A stretch of DNA of 64,000 nucleotides from Octopus vulgaris (GCA_951406725.2 OX597816.1:27342001-27406000), one strand, 5' to 3'. Shown: positions 24,932 through 39,033, counted from the stretch's first letter. The notes: a model not told the origin generated them from the sequence alone. A program made the numbers and translations.

Positions 24932-25126
24932 CGATAGATACATCGATATATAGATAGATAGATAGATAGATAGACAGACAGGCAGACAGACATATGTGTG
25001 TGAAAGAGTTTGTATGTGAAAGTAAGTGGTGTGTGTGCGCATGCGCATGTTGCTTCCTTTATGTGCCTATAGCATAGCAGTTCAGCAAAACGAGAACGAT
25101 AGCATAAGTATCACACTTTAAAATAA

Positions 25127-25524
25127 GTAGGAGTGGTTGTGTGGTAAGTAGCTTGCTAACCAACCACATGGCTCCGGGTTCAGTCCCACTGCGTGGCGCC
25201 TTGGGCAAGTGTCTTCTACTATAGCCCCGGGCCGACCAAGGCCTTGTGAGTGCATTTGGTAGACGAAAACTAAAAGAAGCCCGTCGTATAAATATATGTG
25301 GGTGTGTGGGTGTGTGGTTGTCTGTATTTGCCCCCCCCAACATTGCTTGACAACCGATGCTGGTGTGTTTATGTCCCCGTAACTTAGCGGTTCGGCAAAA
25401 GAGACCGATAGAATAAGTACTAGGCTTACAAAGAATAAGTCCTGGGGTCGATTTGCTCGACTAAAAGGTGGTGCTCCAGCATGGCCACAGTCAAATGACT
25501 GAAACAAGTAAAAGAGTAAAAGAA
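25127..25524 (+). mobile_element. SINE family A
   Basis: Full match to the family consensus. Confidence 0.9.
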
Positions 25525-25609
25525 TATTAAACCTGAAAATAGCATTTTATCGAAAATTCGAAATAATATAAAACTATCTTTAAGTAGAAAATGATATTTA
25601 TATCTAATG

Positions 25610-28422
25610 ATTAAATAATTTTTTCTTATTTTTCTTCTTCATAATTAATCTTCCTCACCACATCTGCTTCTATTATCAGTAGAGATAAGGCATTTAGCCT
25701 GAATTGTTACATTGTTGCCCTGAGAGGGTTTTTGATAAATTTCAGTTGTGAAAATGAAAGCTCAGTTGCACAATTTGTGATCATAAGTGTTAGAAATATA
25801 CGAAAGGCAATATCTACACTTGGAAAGGCACACTCAATATTGTCTTCTAATATTATTTCATTAAGTTCAACATGACTGAATCTAGTTTTTCTATTTTCTG
25901 TTGCACTAAACTTATGGTGCAACATATAAATAAACCCGCTTAAGCTCAGCTGAGAAATTGCTATTGAAGTCCTCGGGGTTAGTATCAATCAGGTTTTGAC
26001 AATATTGAGAATAGATCTCAGTGTTAGATGTTGAAGAGGCGTTATATGGTACACCACATAGAAAAGAAAAATTTTCTTCAATTTCTTTGTATATCCCCAC
26101 TTCTTCTTTTCATCTTAGTTGCAAGTTTGTCAACAATTCTTAGAAAGGTGGTGACACGAAAATTATCTCTAGCATCCAGATATACTTCTGGTGCATCTTT
26201 ATCATTGGGTAGCTTCTTTCTGATGCATTTGCGAGTTGCAGTTGCCTTGTAATCAGCATCTGGTTACATTTCCTTGACAACTTTTTCACATTTTTCAAAT
26301 TCATCTCGTGAGGTGCACATTTGCTCAGCTAATAATACTTACAGATCTGCACATATTTTTAAGTTCACATCCTCGTTTTGTAGAAATTTACCTACTCTTT
26401 AAAAATTCTGCAAAATCTAATTCCAAAACTTCAACATGATAACGAATTCTAGCTCTTGAAGCTTGTCTGCAATATTATTTGCCTCTTTTCTAGCATCGCT
26501 TTTCTGTGACTGATCTTCAACTATATATTCTGATTCACCCAAAATCTCAAGGAAAGATTTCAAAATCGCTGCTGTGGCCAGGGCATGTGCCTCCCATCTT
26601 GTATCAGCAGAGACATTTTATGACACTTTAATACGAATTTTAAGAATTTTCCACCGATAGGTTGAGGCTGAAAAACAGGTATAGAGTAACTGTATTGTAG
26701 CGAAGAAATTATCAACCACTTCACAGCAGTCAAAAGCACTTCGGCCAACCAGATTTAGCGAATGAGCTGCACAGGGAACATATGTAGCAAACTTGTTAGT
26801 TTCTAAACTTTTTTACTGCATCCTTTTATGACATCCAGACATGTAAGCAGCATTATCATAAGACTAATTTCTTCATTTCGTTAACTTTAGTTTACATGTT
26901 TCAGGTATGTGCTTCAATAACTGGTTGGCCATTTTCTCACTGGTGAGGCTTTCTAATTCCAGAAAGTTTGAAAAGCGTTCAATAGGCTGTCCATCTTTCA
27001 CATACCTTAGTACAATACTTAATTGATCGATATGCGATAGATCTGGTGTTGAATCAGCAGACTCACTGAAATAACCTGAAGATTTAAACTCATCAACAAT
27101 GAACACCTGAACCTTTTGAGCCATTAGTTGAATAAGTTCCGCGCAGATAGTTTTTGAGCGGTAATAAGTGTTTCCTTTTATCCAGAATTCTTATATTTTG
27201 ATATGTGGCCTAGGCCAAAAATGATCAAACTTGTTTAAGAGTTCAAGCAGCCCCCAAAAATTCCTATTTTACAATGACCCAAACCTTTCGTCTGTTCCTC
27301 GAACAGCCAAGCCATGTTCAGCTAACGTACAAATCACAGCTATGACATGCCTCAAGACATGTTCCCAGTAATCACATTTGCTTCTCCAACCGTGACTTCA
27401 ATCCCACACCTTGTCTGTAAGTTAAATAAGTTAGCAAAGAGTATCGATGAGTAGTACTTTTCTCATAATTATCAATTACCATAGTATTACGCCAGTCAAT
27501 GAACCCTCCTTTCCTCTTGACAAAATTCGAGGAATATTTAAGAGCAAACAATTTACAAACAAAACAATAAACTCTCTCGTATTTCTCACCATTGGTTTTT
27601 GTGCCAATAAAGAGCTTCTATGAACAATACCTTACTGGTTTCCTGCTAGTAAAGTGACGATAAGACTTATCAAATGGTCCATTGTGGTGTTGACAGTTAT
27701 CCAGTAAGTTTGTAACTTCTCGAGCCATGCCTGGCTCATAAGGGCCGGTTTCCCGGTTTCTTGGCGTATAGGTTCCCCCACCTGGACGGGACGCCGGTCC
27801 GTGGCAGGTGAGCTGCAAGATGTAGGAGGAAAGAGTGAGAGAAAGTTGTGGCAAAAGAGTCAGCAGAAGTTTCGACATTACCTTCTGCCGGAGCCGCGTG
27901 GAGCTTAGGTGTTTTCGCTCATAAACACACACGTCACCCGGTCTGAGATTCGAACCCGCGATCCCTCGACCGCGAGTCCGCTGCTCTAACCACTAGGCCA
28001 TGTGCCTCCACAGTTATCCAGTAAGCGACATCATCAGCAGAAAAATCAAATCAGAACCTAGGTCTTCTGCCAAATCACGATTTTCTTCATGTTTTACAGA
28101 ATGACCCCTTTCATTTGCAGTAGAAGTATCAGTATCATGAAAATTTACGGGCAAAATGAGATCACTCAGATTAGTTACGATACTTGTACGAAATGACCAT
28201 GTTTCTTCGGTGATTCGAATGTCCACAAAGTTTGATTTTCGAGTGATCCAAGAGGTATTTGCCATATTTGTGCTGACTTCTGAAGACGGAAATGTTGATG
28301 TTGTGGGTCTTTTGTGAAGAAATCAGTCAACTTTGCAGTCTTGCGCTCTAATTCCAAAGTCTTCCCTTGTTTCTTGTTTGCTAATTTTCATTTTTGAGCA
28401 CCACTTAACTGAATCTGTTTCA
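25610..28422 (-). pseudogene. hAT (Tip100/ZMYM1-like, DUF4371 plus hAT dimerisation domain) transposase pseudogene
   Basis: Starts MKQIQLSGAQK. Then LAEHGLAVRG, SGYFS.SADSTPDLSHIDQLSIVLRYV, SYDNAAYMSG, YVPCAAHSLNLVG, LK(C)..DTRWEAH and FPSVDIAFRIFLTLMITNCATELSFSQLKFIKN.LR.TM. Many stops and frameshifts. Confidence 0.92.
27709..28009 (-). mobile_element. SINE family C (tail type 3) inserted into the hAT transposase
   Basis: Perfect 16-bp TSD ACAGTTATCCAGTAAG (27693-27708, 28010-28025); A and B boxes intact; matches 57906-58212. Confidence 0.93.
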
Positions 28423-28882
28423 TCTTAGTTCATGGGTGTCATATCATAATACTTATCATAATACTGAAAAATATTTTTCTTAAACTTCATACAGAAAAAT
28501 CGTGTGGTTAAGCTTTTTTCAAAGTTTACTTTTGTTACATACAAAATAATTGATGTACCTATGTAATACGCTGGTCATATATAAGCACAAAATAGTAAAA
28601 TTTTATTTGACAATGTAGAACAAAACCAAATAATTTAAATCAAAGAGAAAAAAACAATATAAAAACAGTAAAACTAAGATTACATAACACATCTTTCTTT
28701 ATGTGTGTGTTTGTGTGTTTAGTTTTCTATTGTATGGAAATCAATAAAACATTTAACATGGACATCGACTTTATATTTAGTACAACTCGTGGGAGTCATG
28801 TAGTGACATCTCAGTATTTTTTTCATCTCGTATGAATGCAACAATTTTTCATCGCAAATCATTATAAATAATTATGTTTCCT

Positions 28883-28968
<86 letters not shown>

Positions 28969-29067
28969 ATGTTAAATGTTTTATTGATTTCCATACAATA
29001 GTTTAAATTATTTAAATAATATTTTATTTTTAACTTTTATATTTTTAATTAATTATATGTATTGGAT

Positions 29068-29202
29068 TATGTTTTTCACTGTTTGATTTGCCTAATAGTG
29101 GTTTTATCTCTAAGTTAATATAATATAATATAATATATTTATACTATAAAATTGGATTTAATCCTAAATCTAATTTTTCCCTGTAAGTTTGGATTTATTC
29201 CC

Positions 29203-29210
<8 letters not shown>
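29068..29210. repeat. Second copy of the 3555-4008 AT-rich element terminus
   Basis: TGTTTGATTTGCCTAATAGTGGTTTTATC..TTGGATTTAATCCTAAAT..CCCTGTAAGTTTGGAT; abuts (TA)n. Confidence 0.75.
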
Positions 29211-29278
<68 letters not shown>

Positions 29279-29470
29279 AGGTTTTCCTCGGATTTTATAA
29301 TTGTTATAAGTTTTTTTATATATATATACATATATTTTTTGACCTTTTTGTTTATCGCTCGAAGATTGACCGTTTTTTCTAAAGGGCCAATCAAACAAGT
29401 CCATTTCTTTTTAAAGGTGTAGCGTTTGTAAGAGTATAGATTGAATTGATATATCGGTTCCATTCTAGCA

Positions 29471-29517
29471 AAAACTGTTTGATGAACGGCAACGAGAAAC
29501 TCAGAGTAACAGATTTT
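29471..29517 (+). ncRNA. Hammerhead motif (C3U variant) in a ~270-bp element bounded by (TA)n (~29275-29547)
   Basis: AAAACUGU-UUGAUGA-A-CG-GCAA-CG-A-GAAACUC-A-GAGUA-ACAGAUUUU; all three stems pair. Confidence 0.65.
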
Positions 29518-29544
29518 GTTGAATTTTCTGCTGCTTAAAATAAA

Positions 29545-29627
<83 letters not shown>

Positions 29628-29773
29628 TTTATAAAAATATGGTAAAGTAAAAAAAATCACTTTACCACACACCGAACTTTTCAGAAATAGCAGCCAAAAA
29701 TTTGGCTATTTCTTCAACTGCAAATAAAAGTCTCCAGACAATGCATATATATATATAGATAGATATATATATT

Positions 29774-29938
29774 GGCGTAGGAGTGGCTGTGTGGTAAGTA
29801 GCTTGTTTACCAACCACATGGTTCCGGGCTCAGTCCCACTGCGTGACATCTTGGGCAAGTCTCTTCTACTAGAGCCTCGGGCCGACCAAAGTCTTGTGAG
29901 TGGATTTGGTTGACGGAAACTGAAAGAAGCCTGTCGTA

Positions 29939-29983
<45 letters not shown>

Positions 29984-30189
29984 ATGTTCGTGTGTCTGTG
30001 TTTGTTCCCCTAGCATTGCTTGACAATGATGCTGGTGTGTTTACGTCCCCATAAGTTAGCGGTTTGGCAAAAGAGACCGATAGAATAAGTACTGGGCTTA
30101 CAAAGAATAAGTCCCGGGGTGGATTTGTTCGACTAAAGGCGGTGCTCCAGCATGGCCGCAGTCAAATGACTGAAACAAGTAAAAGAGTA
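29774..30189 (+). mobile_element. SINE family A
   Basis: Full match to the family consensus. Confidence 0.9.
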
Positions 30190-30500
30190 TATGTTTGTAT
30201 GTGTGTGTGAAAAACATTAATTTTAAAAATTTAACATGTTATTTTTTTATATTTTGTATAGTGGTAAATTTAGATATACAAAATGAAGCTTTAAAAAAAA
30301 CCCCCAAAACAACTTACCCTATTTTAATAAATTGTAAAAAAATTAAAATATAATGATAAAAAACGAAGTGAAGCAGATAAATTATAGACCCAATGAAGAA
30401 GGCTAAGTAAAGAAACAGTATTATGAAATTATTTTGTGACGGAGGAATTTGTGTTTAGTATTCGCTAATGACCAGTGCAGCATCAAACATCATATTTGAT

Positions 30501-30715
30501 ACTCTTAACTCTTTTACTCTTTTACTTGTTTCAGTCATTTGACTGGGGCCATGCTGGAGCACCGCCTTTAGTCGAGCAAATCCACCCCGGGACTTATTCT
30601 TTGCAAGCCCAGTACTTATTCTATCGGTCTCTTTTGCCGAACCGCTAAGTGACGGGGACGTAAACACACCAGCATCGGTTGTCAAGTGATGTTGGTGGGG
30701 AAAAACACAGACACA

Positions 30716-30775
<60 letters not shown>

Positions 30776-30944
30776 TATATACGACGGGCTTCTTTCAGTT
30801 TCCGTCTGCCAAATCCACTGACAAGGCTTTGGTCGGCCCGAGCTATAGTAGAAGACACTTGCCCAAGGTGCCACGCGATGGGACTGAACCCGGAACCATG
30901 TGGTTGGTAAACAAGCTACTTACCACACAGCCACTCCAGCGCCT
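30501..30944 (-). mobile_element. SINE family A
   Basis: Full match to the family consensus. Confidence 0.9.
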
Positions 30945-31719
30945 ACATTGACAAAAATTATATATTTATACACATGTGAAATGATTTTATTAGATTACAA
31001 GTTCAAAAGCATAAATTACAATATGTATCAAGAAATTTTGATATAGTTTTGAAAATTCAACAAATTTCGCAAAATGGAAATCTCTACTAGAAAAAGTTTT
31101 TTTCGTTTACAAAAATAAAATCTTTTTATAGCAAATATGATTAATACTTTTACCAAAACCATAATTTATATTTATTATAGGTTTTTCTAAACACATGTTG
31201 TTTTATGATTATTTTTATATCTTTATGTCTCAAATCAGAGATAAATTGAATGATAATGATTCTTATATGAATTGGTGGCATAAATGATATATGAAGCAAA
31301 CGATTCATATCATTTTTAATAGACAAACAGAGCATTTTAATAGACAAATAGACAGGCATGACGTGTCATGAAATGAAGACCACTCTGAACCAGCGAGAGT
31401 TTTCAGCTAATCAGAGATCTTCCAAGCTACCTGACACTTACACTGATACAAACGCGTACCATACGTGTCCAAAACTTGTAAAACTGCCAATCTGCGACCA
31501 TAGCATATTTTATTTATTTATTTATAAGCAGAAATTAGTCATTTTTGCATTAAAATTTGAAGATGGCTATAAATTTAATTCAGTTTTTCATTTCAATTGT
31601 AAATCCAGCTATGCGGCAGTGTGGCTGCCAACAACACCTCGTCCATATAAGAAGTTGAAGAGACGGTACCCCTCTTTCCATGTTTCCCTAAGCACGTGCT
31701 TATTTTGCTTATAGGTTAA

Positions 31720-32430
31720 TCCAGCACTAGAAACCAGAGACTGGAGCTTTGAGCAGAGAGAGACTTTGTGCCAATCAGTCGGATGTTCGTGTATATCGTA
31801 ACAGCATTCAGACGTAGGAGCACTCTAATGTGTGTCTCACCTGAGCTTTGTAAAAGATTATTAGTTGCGTGGCTCTGAAGTTTCTTCTGACTTTGAAGAC
31901 GAAGGCTGTGTTTGCTATGCTTTGAATCTGCGTAAGTCAGGTTCGATCCTTAGCGATGGTGAGGGAATTTCCTTGAGAATTCTTGTTATGCTGTTCATGT
32001 TTAGGTATGTATGAATTATAATAATCTTTTCCTAATTTGTATAATGATTCTACTTTTGTGATGTTGAATGCAACACGATCTTGACCACATCTCATAGGAA
32101 GATGTGTTCGAAATCTCTTCATGAGGTCGGTGCATATTTGGTATTAGGTATCGAGATTGCTTTTGGATGTTATATGGACATAGAAGAATAAGGAGGAATG
32201 AAGTGTAGTCATTGATTTATAGGCGGAAGATTGTTGGGATAAACTGAATTTTGGGACACATCGTACTGAGTGGGTCGGAGAGAATGTAACGATGGTGCGA
32301 ATTGATTGGAAGCTATCGATCAACCAAACGAATGATCGATAGACTCGATTGTCAAGAAGTATTTTGCTCGGAGCTTCGCATGTGTGTCGAAAATTTCTGT
32401 TGATGGTCAAGGGGAACTCTAATTGGCTGG
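31720..32430 (-). pseudogene. Highly decayed CR1/L2/Jockey-group LINE reverse transcriptase remnant
   Basis: Near 32210-32265 the sequence resembles GVPQ.SVL.P..F...IND; near 31820-31870 it reads LIIFYKAQVRHTLECS (compare LYKAQVRP.LEY). Confidence 0.55.
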
Positions 32431-33516
32431 TTACATATTGTAACTAAACAAAGGCTAATTTCCACTTATGGTGTATTAGTTGCTGTCATAGAGACATGTG
32501 CAAATTAATTGAAAACAAATTTTCGTATGAATAACAAATGTATGAAAATTCATGTAAGCGATTAAAAAATTATATATACAATTAAAATGATTTTTAATAT
32601 CTGGTAGTATACCAAGAGCGATCTCAGTTAACATCTAGAATTGAAATAAAGCACCGAAATGTCTGCGACAATAAAATTCACTTAAGTTTGACTGGTAATT
32701 TAAATACATGTAGTTACTAACGTTTGAGTATTTACAAAACTGAATTTGACAAGCTATCATTAAACATTTAGTGTCTCTCAAGATGGTGGGTAAAATATTG
32801 CGAAGTTGAGTTTGAGTGAAAACAGACACAATTATAAAGATAATCTGACATTGTTGTGGGTGTTGTTGGTTTGCTCCGGGTTACCCAAACGTCATTTCTG
32901 ACGGACCACATCAAAATCCTCTCGTTAATTCGTATCAATCATCGTTGCATATTCAGATAATCGAATATTAAATTACAATTGCATCGTGGAAGGTGTTTGT
33001 AATCCATTTAAGAAACACACAAAAGCCGTTCGATTCACTTCAACATTTAAGTTTAATTTGTCAAAATATTTTCGTCGCTAAAATCCGCGACCTGTTATTG
33101 ATTTAAATTATATTTACATTGTAACAGGCCATCTGATATGATTATATTTAGAAATGTAATATTCAGACAACCTCGGTAGAATTTAAACCGAGATTCACTA
33201 ATTTGACTAATGGGTATACCACCAATCAAATTTCTTCTTTAAAAAAATGAGTAAGGGAGATAACTTGTAAATTTTTTAACTACCCTTGTTTTTATAAGTT
33301 ATCTCCCTTGTCTTTATATCTCGATGTTTTCCCCGCATAATACAAACCACAACTAAAGTGAGAGTGAATGAGTCGTACAATTCTTGAGGATTCGTTAGCT
33401 CGAGAAAGCATTTAACCACGGATGACCAGTAATATTAATTCTTTGGGGGAATATATAGAGAAAGCGGAGCTGTTTCACGATACATCATCACCTTACCACC
33501 TTATCTTGAATTAAAT

Positions 33517-33517
<1 letters not shown>

Positions 33518-33574
<57 letters not shown>

Positions 33575-33673
33575 CACTGCTGATACTACTACTACTATTA
33601 ACACCACCACCACCACTGCTGATACTACTACTACTACTACTACTACTACTACCACAACCACCACCACTGCTGA

Positions 33674-33712
<39 letters not shown>

Positions 33713-33719
33713 CACAACC

Positions 33720-33775
<56 letters not shown>

Positions 33776-33792
33776 AACCACCACCACTGCTG

Positions 33793-33828
<36 letters not shown>

Positions 33829-33899
33829 TCACCACCACTGCTGATACTACTACTACTACTAACACCACCACCACCACCACTACTACTACTACCACCACA

Positions 33900-33959
<60 letters not shown>

Positions 33960-33988
33960 GCAACTGCTACTGCTGCTGCCGCCACTAC
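33518..33988. repeat. Compound (ACT)n/(ACC)n trinucleotide array with a recurring CCACCACTGCTGATACT unit
   Basis: Direct inspection; the unit recurs about five times. Confidence 0.9.
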
Positions 33989-35475
33989 GACATGGATTGA
34001 CCTTCGAAACGCGGAGTAGATGAAACAGAGGCGACTGAAGAAGGGGCATTTTCCTTGTGTTGTATGTCCTGTACTCTATTTTTTCGTTGTTTAAGAAAAA
34101 TGTCCATTTCCTTTGTTTTGTGTTTATGTTTTCGTTTCTCATTGTGCTCGACGTTTTTTTTGTGTGTCCTGTACCCATATATGCATGTATATATACATGT
34201 AGATATAGGTACGTACATATATGTATGTATATATGCATATGTTTTATTTATTAATTTGTTATTATATGACGGAACACACGCATCCATTTCTAAGTAAGCT
34301 TGTTCTTAAATAAATACATATTTTAAGGGAGTCATTTGAAATTGTGTGGAGTAAGATGAAATTACTTTCCAGTTACCACCTAGGGATCATTTGAAATAGA
34401 TTTTATCCTCTTTCAACAGCGGAAATGTGAATAGAATTTCACTTCATCGAGAGGTAAATTAAATTGGAGTTGATCTGAAATAACAACTCTATGATGTTGT
34501 AGGCTCCTCTCCCTGCGTCACAAATGCCTACATTTTGGGCTCATTGTTCCGTGCCATTTTTCGGGGTGTTTGTTTTCCATTCCTTTCCAGTTACCACAAG
34601 CTCCTCCTTGTCACAAGACGTTAGAAGAGAGGGTGGAGGCCCTCGGCCCTCGATGTCTGCTCATCGATTGTTTGTACTGAGGAGAAGGCAAATAATCCCG
34701 CCATTCTTAGAGATGCGATTTATGGTTCTCGTGTACTGCTCCTGCTGATGTTCATTAATTTCCTTCCTTCTTCGCTTTTAAAACTCCTTATAGCAGAAAC
34801 CTTCAAGTAACCCTTACTGCCAAACAGCAGAGTTTTCTGTCTTTTGCTACCAGATGTACCACTTTTCTTTCTGCACCCACTATGGGGGTGGCTCTGTGGT
34901 TTTAGAAGGTCATCAAGACTTCACTCGCGTACATGTCATTTTTGGTTACCTCGGCGATAATAATCTTCTTGTACTGCTCCGCAAAGGTGACGATTTGCTA
35001 AATGTCGACGTCTGAACCAATGTCCCAGCCTGCGACCTTTGAATACCCGTCACTCCTTGTATTGCAGTTCATGTCAGAGGACATCTCAGTGACAACTCAG
35101 TCGGCCACTTACTCCCTAACTCTCGAAGTCACACACTCCCATTTACCCGATCCCCAATCAATGGAAACGGTATCACTCCAAACACCGGTCTTTCACTTGT
35201 TCTTCGCGGTCATGTGGAAGCTGACTCTACTTTTGGCAAGACAGAAGTATGTTCCTCCTCTCTTTGCTACTTCCTTAATGTATTCTGAAAGCAACGAGGC
35301 TTTACACCTTCCAACATAGCTCTAGTATGAGATTTTTAAAATTTATCCAGAGTCAATCTGAACCAAGCATCAGTTTTAGGTTAGTGACAATAAACTGCTG
35401 CTATCATTGTTCTTTATTGCTATTAATGTTCTTTCTGTGTACTTTCTGTGGAACTGGTCTAAGTGTCTCACTGTT

Positions 35476-35880
35476 CGGCTGAGTGGTAAGTAGCTTGCTT
35501 ACGAACCACATGGTTCCGGGTTCAGTCCCACTGCGTGACACCTTGGGCAAGTGTCTTCTACTATAGCCTCGGGCCGACCAAAGCCTTGTGAGTGGATTTG
35601 GTAGACGGAAACTGAAAGAAGCCCGTCGTATATATGTATATATATATATGTATGTGTGTGTTTGTGTGTCTGTGTGTCTGTGTTTGTCCCCCCCCCCCCA
35701 ATCGCTTGACAGCCGATACTGCTGTGTTTACGTCGCCGTCACTTAGCGGTTCGGCAAAAGAGACCGATAGAATAAGTACTAGGCTTACAAAGAATAAGTC
35801 CTGGGGTCGATTTGCCCGACTAAAGGCGGTGCTCCAGCATGGCCACAGTCAAATGCCTGAAACAAGTAAAAGATAAAAGA
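35476..35880 (+). mobile_element. SINE family A
   Basis: Match to the family consensus. Confidence 0.9.
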
Positions 35881-36457
35881 TTGGTGCTACCATCACTGTG
35901 GATAGCACTTCTCATTGCTCTTCGATAGATGGAAGTCATCTTGACAAAATGTAAAAAATACAGAAAAAAAAAAAATCTCAAGATATCCAGAGCAAGTCTT
36001 ATTCTTTTTTCCAGCTCAAGGTAAACGGAAAGGATACAAATATTCCAAAGTAAAACAGTGTGGGCACAAGAATTCCAAAATAAATGGAGCGGACTTAAGA
36101 ATTCCAAAGTAAACAAGGTAGACGCAAAAATTTCAAAGTAAATCGTATAAATCCCTTCCATCTCTCAACGAAGCAGAAAAATAATTTCCTTTTTGTTACT
36201 GATGTAAATTTTTCTTTCCGCATTTTTTCTCCTTTCGTCTCTCGCTTCTACACCAAATGACATTTCACACCTATACTCTCGCACACGCATACCCTCTACT
36301 ACACTCTTCATATTTTTCTCGCTTTCCCTTTCACCTCGCATTCGCCCCAATTCCCCTCTTCATTTCCATGCTTTCGTTGCATACAATACGATTAGACCCA
36401 CATTTTCACCTATACCCATTACAATACATAGCTACATTCCAATACATGCACAGCCAC

Positions 36458-36521
36458 CACCTCTCCACCCTTCTTAACCTCTCCACTCTTCTTAACCTCT
36501 CCACCCTTCTTAACCTCTCCA
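36458..36521. repeat. 18-bp minisatellite (ACCTCTCCACYCTTCTTA), about 3.5 units
   Basis: Direct inspection. Confidence 0.85.
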
Positions 36522-36619
36522 CAGAACTTCATTACCATCTGGCCCTTAATCTTCTTCTCACGTTTTCCCCATTCAACTACGTTTTCTTATTCACTTTCCT
36601 CTTTCATTTTTCTTCTGTA

Positions 36620-36658
36620 TTTTCTTTGATGACGGGCAAGCATTCGAAACGTCAAAAC
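36620..36658 (+). ncRNA. Degenerate hammerhead motif
   Basis: UUGAUGA-CGGGC-AAGC-AUUC-GAAAC-GUC-AAAA; core spacing is right but the stems are weak. Confidence 0.4.
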
Positions 36659-37053
36659 TTCGACACACACACGGGCGCGCAGCACTCACATACACTAACA
36701 CAAACACATGCACTAACACACGCACGAACAAACACACACACATAAAAGCACAATGAATTACAAGTATATACACACACACATATGCGAAAATAGTTATACA
36801 CATGCAAACACAAAAGCATTCACATGCACATACTCTGATGTTCACATATAGAGACACAATTGCAGATAAATATGTCGATGAAGATAAACTATAAAAATAT
36901 TCCCAGCTTCATTAATTTCCTTCCTTCTTCGCTTTTAAAACTCCTTATAGCAGAAACCTTCAAGTAACCCTTATTGCCAAACAGCAGAGTTTTCTGTCTT
37001 GTGCCACCAGAGACTGATTCCTGATATGGGAACATTTGCACTTTTATAGGAAC

Positions 37054-37468
37054 TGGCGGGGTTTTGCGGTAAGAAGTTTGTTTCTCAATCACATGGTTTC
37101 GAGTTCAATATCACTGCGTGGCACCTTTAGCAGGTGTTTTCTTCTACAGCTCGGGGCCGATCAAAACCATGCTAGTGACACCTTGGACGTGTGTCATCTA
37201 CCATAGCCTTGGGCCGACCAAAGCTTTGTGAGTGGATTTGGTAAACGAAAACTGAAAGAATCCCGTCAATACATGTATTTATATCTCTGTGTGTGTTGTC
37301 CTTGTGTCTGTGTTTTTTGTCGCTCACCACTGCTAGACAACCGGCTCGGCAAAAAAGACTGATAGGATAAGTCCTGGGATCGATTTGTTCGACTAAAACA
37401 CTTGAAGGCGGTGTTCCAGCATGGTCGCAGTCAAATGACTGAAACAAATATAAAAAATAAAAATAAAA
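37054..37468 (+). mobile_element. Diverged SINE family A with internal duplication
   Basis: Head, doubled CACCTT.G..GTGT..CTAC.ATAGC..GGGCCGA segment, and tail. Confidence 0.75.
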
Positions 37469-37750
37469 ATGCTTCTTCATGATCTGTACCATTTTACTTT
37501 AATGTACCATTTTAAAGAGAGAAAATTTCCGAAATCAGTCATTACTCATTTTACCCCATTTTAGACATCTTTGAAAATTGAAAATTATCGAATTAGATAT
37601 TAGTGTGAGAAAAACTTGACTTGAAACCCTACCGTGAAAAGAATATTGATTGTTAAACACCAAAAATTATTCAGATATTTTATTAGCAGCCTCAGTTACA
37701 ATCGGGTCAAAATTGAAGGAAAATTTCTTGGAAAAAATGTACCTGTTACT

Positions 37751-37979
37751 TATTTCTTAACTGCCCACAAGGGGCCACACGTAGAGGGGACAAAAAAGTT
37801 TGAACGTAATTTTTTATTTATTACCCACAAGGGGTTACACATAGAGGGGACAAACAAGGACAGACAAACGGATTAAGCCGATTATATCGACCCCAGTGCG
37901 TAACTGGTACTTATTTAATCGACCCCGTAAGGATGAAAGGCAAAATCGACCTCGGTGGAATTTGAACTTAGAACGTAGC
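37751..37979 (-). mobile_element. 5'-truncated SINE family B with duplicated tail
   Basis: 12-bp TSD GTACCTGTTACT (37739-37750, 37980-37991). Confidence 0.85.
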
Positions 37980-38176
37980 GTACCTGTTACTGTTTCGGAC
38001 CCTCTCAACTACATCAATAACAACTATACTGACCAATTTTTAGCCTTAAAAATGATGTAACAGTACAAAATGATGATGCAACACTTGGAGTGTAATAATT
38101 TCAAACAAGTTGGGAGAAAATAACAAGAAATCAGAAGTTACCCATTTTGCCCCAGTTAACAATTCTCTCACCTCTT

Positions 38177-38248
<72 letters not shown>

Positions 38249-38959
38249 GTTTTCGTTTGTCCGCTCACCCTTATGTATGTGTGTGTGTGTGTGTGTGTGT
38301 GTGAGACAACTAGTGTTGAATATGTACAAGGCTTTAAAATGAATGCTGAGGGCGATTCGTTCGACTAAAACATTTTAAGACGGTGCTCCAACATGGCCGC
38401 AGTCCAAAAGTGAAACAAATAAAAGATAAAAGATACACGCATAGATACATACGTGCATGTAAACTAACACACACATACACACACACACGTACATACATAC
38501 ACACACACTCACGCATGCAAACACATACATACTCACATTCGCATATACACAAATACAAAACATACAGACACGTAGCAAATAGAAAATAAAAAAAAAACAG
38601 ATAACGGAATATTAACACACACGAGAAAGCGCCCCTATAAACGAATAATACTGTACGAATATATATTATCAAACGTACACACATCATATACAGATAGACC
38701 GCCTTGTCTTTCCCTTCATAACAATCACACAAAAGATATTGCGTAGGCGTCACACATAAACAACCTCATGAAACTACAGCACACAAATACACATACACGT
38801 TCGTTTGCTCGTAGGTACACACACATGAACACATACGCATGCACTCACGCACGCACGCACGCACACTGATATAGACACACGCGCACAGACATACATAAAT
38901 TAACACTAAGAAACACTAATATACTATATAATGTTAAATTAGAGCTCCTGCACTCAGGC

Positions 38960-39033
38960 GGCCGGTTAGCTCAGTTGGTTAGAGCGTCGTGCTAATAACG
39001 CGAATGTCGTGGGTTCGAGCCCCATACTGGCCA
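38960..39033 (+). tRNA. tRNA-Ile (anticodon AAT)
   Basis: 74-nt cloverleaf: acceptor GGCCGGT/ACTGGCC+A, D stem GCTC/GAGC, anticodon stem TCGTG/CGCGA with loop CTAATAA, T stem GTGGG/CCCAT with TTCGAGC. T6 Pol III terminator at 39041-39046. Confidence 0.93.

Noticed and set aside
33055-33110. GTCGC..GCGAC-GAAAATATTT hairpin on the minus strand as a hammerhead
   Set aside because: The CUGANGA half is absent (ATAACAG), so at most a decayed relic; not counted.
33488-34238. Longest ORFs (245 aa Ser/Gly-rich; 165 aa poly-Val)
   Set aside because: They are translations of an (ACT/ACC)n array, with no protein signature.
34500-35320. GC-richer block as a gene or LINE ORF1
   Set aside because: Stops in all frames that I read and no motif I can name; probably an old retroelement.
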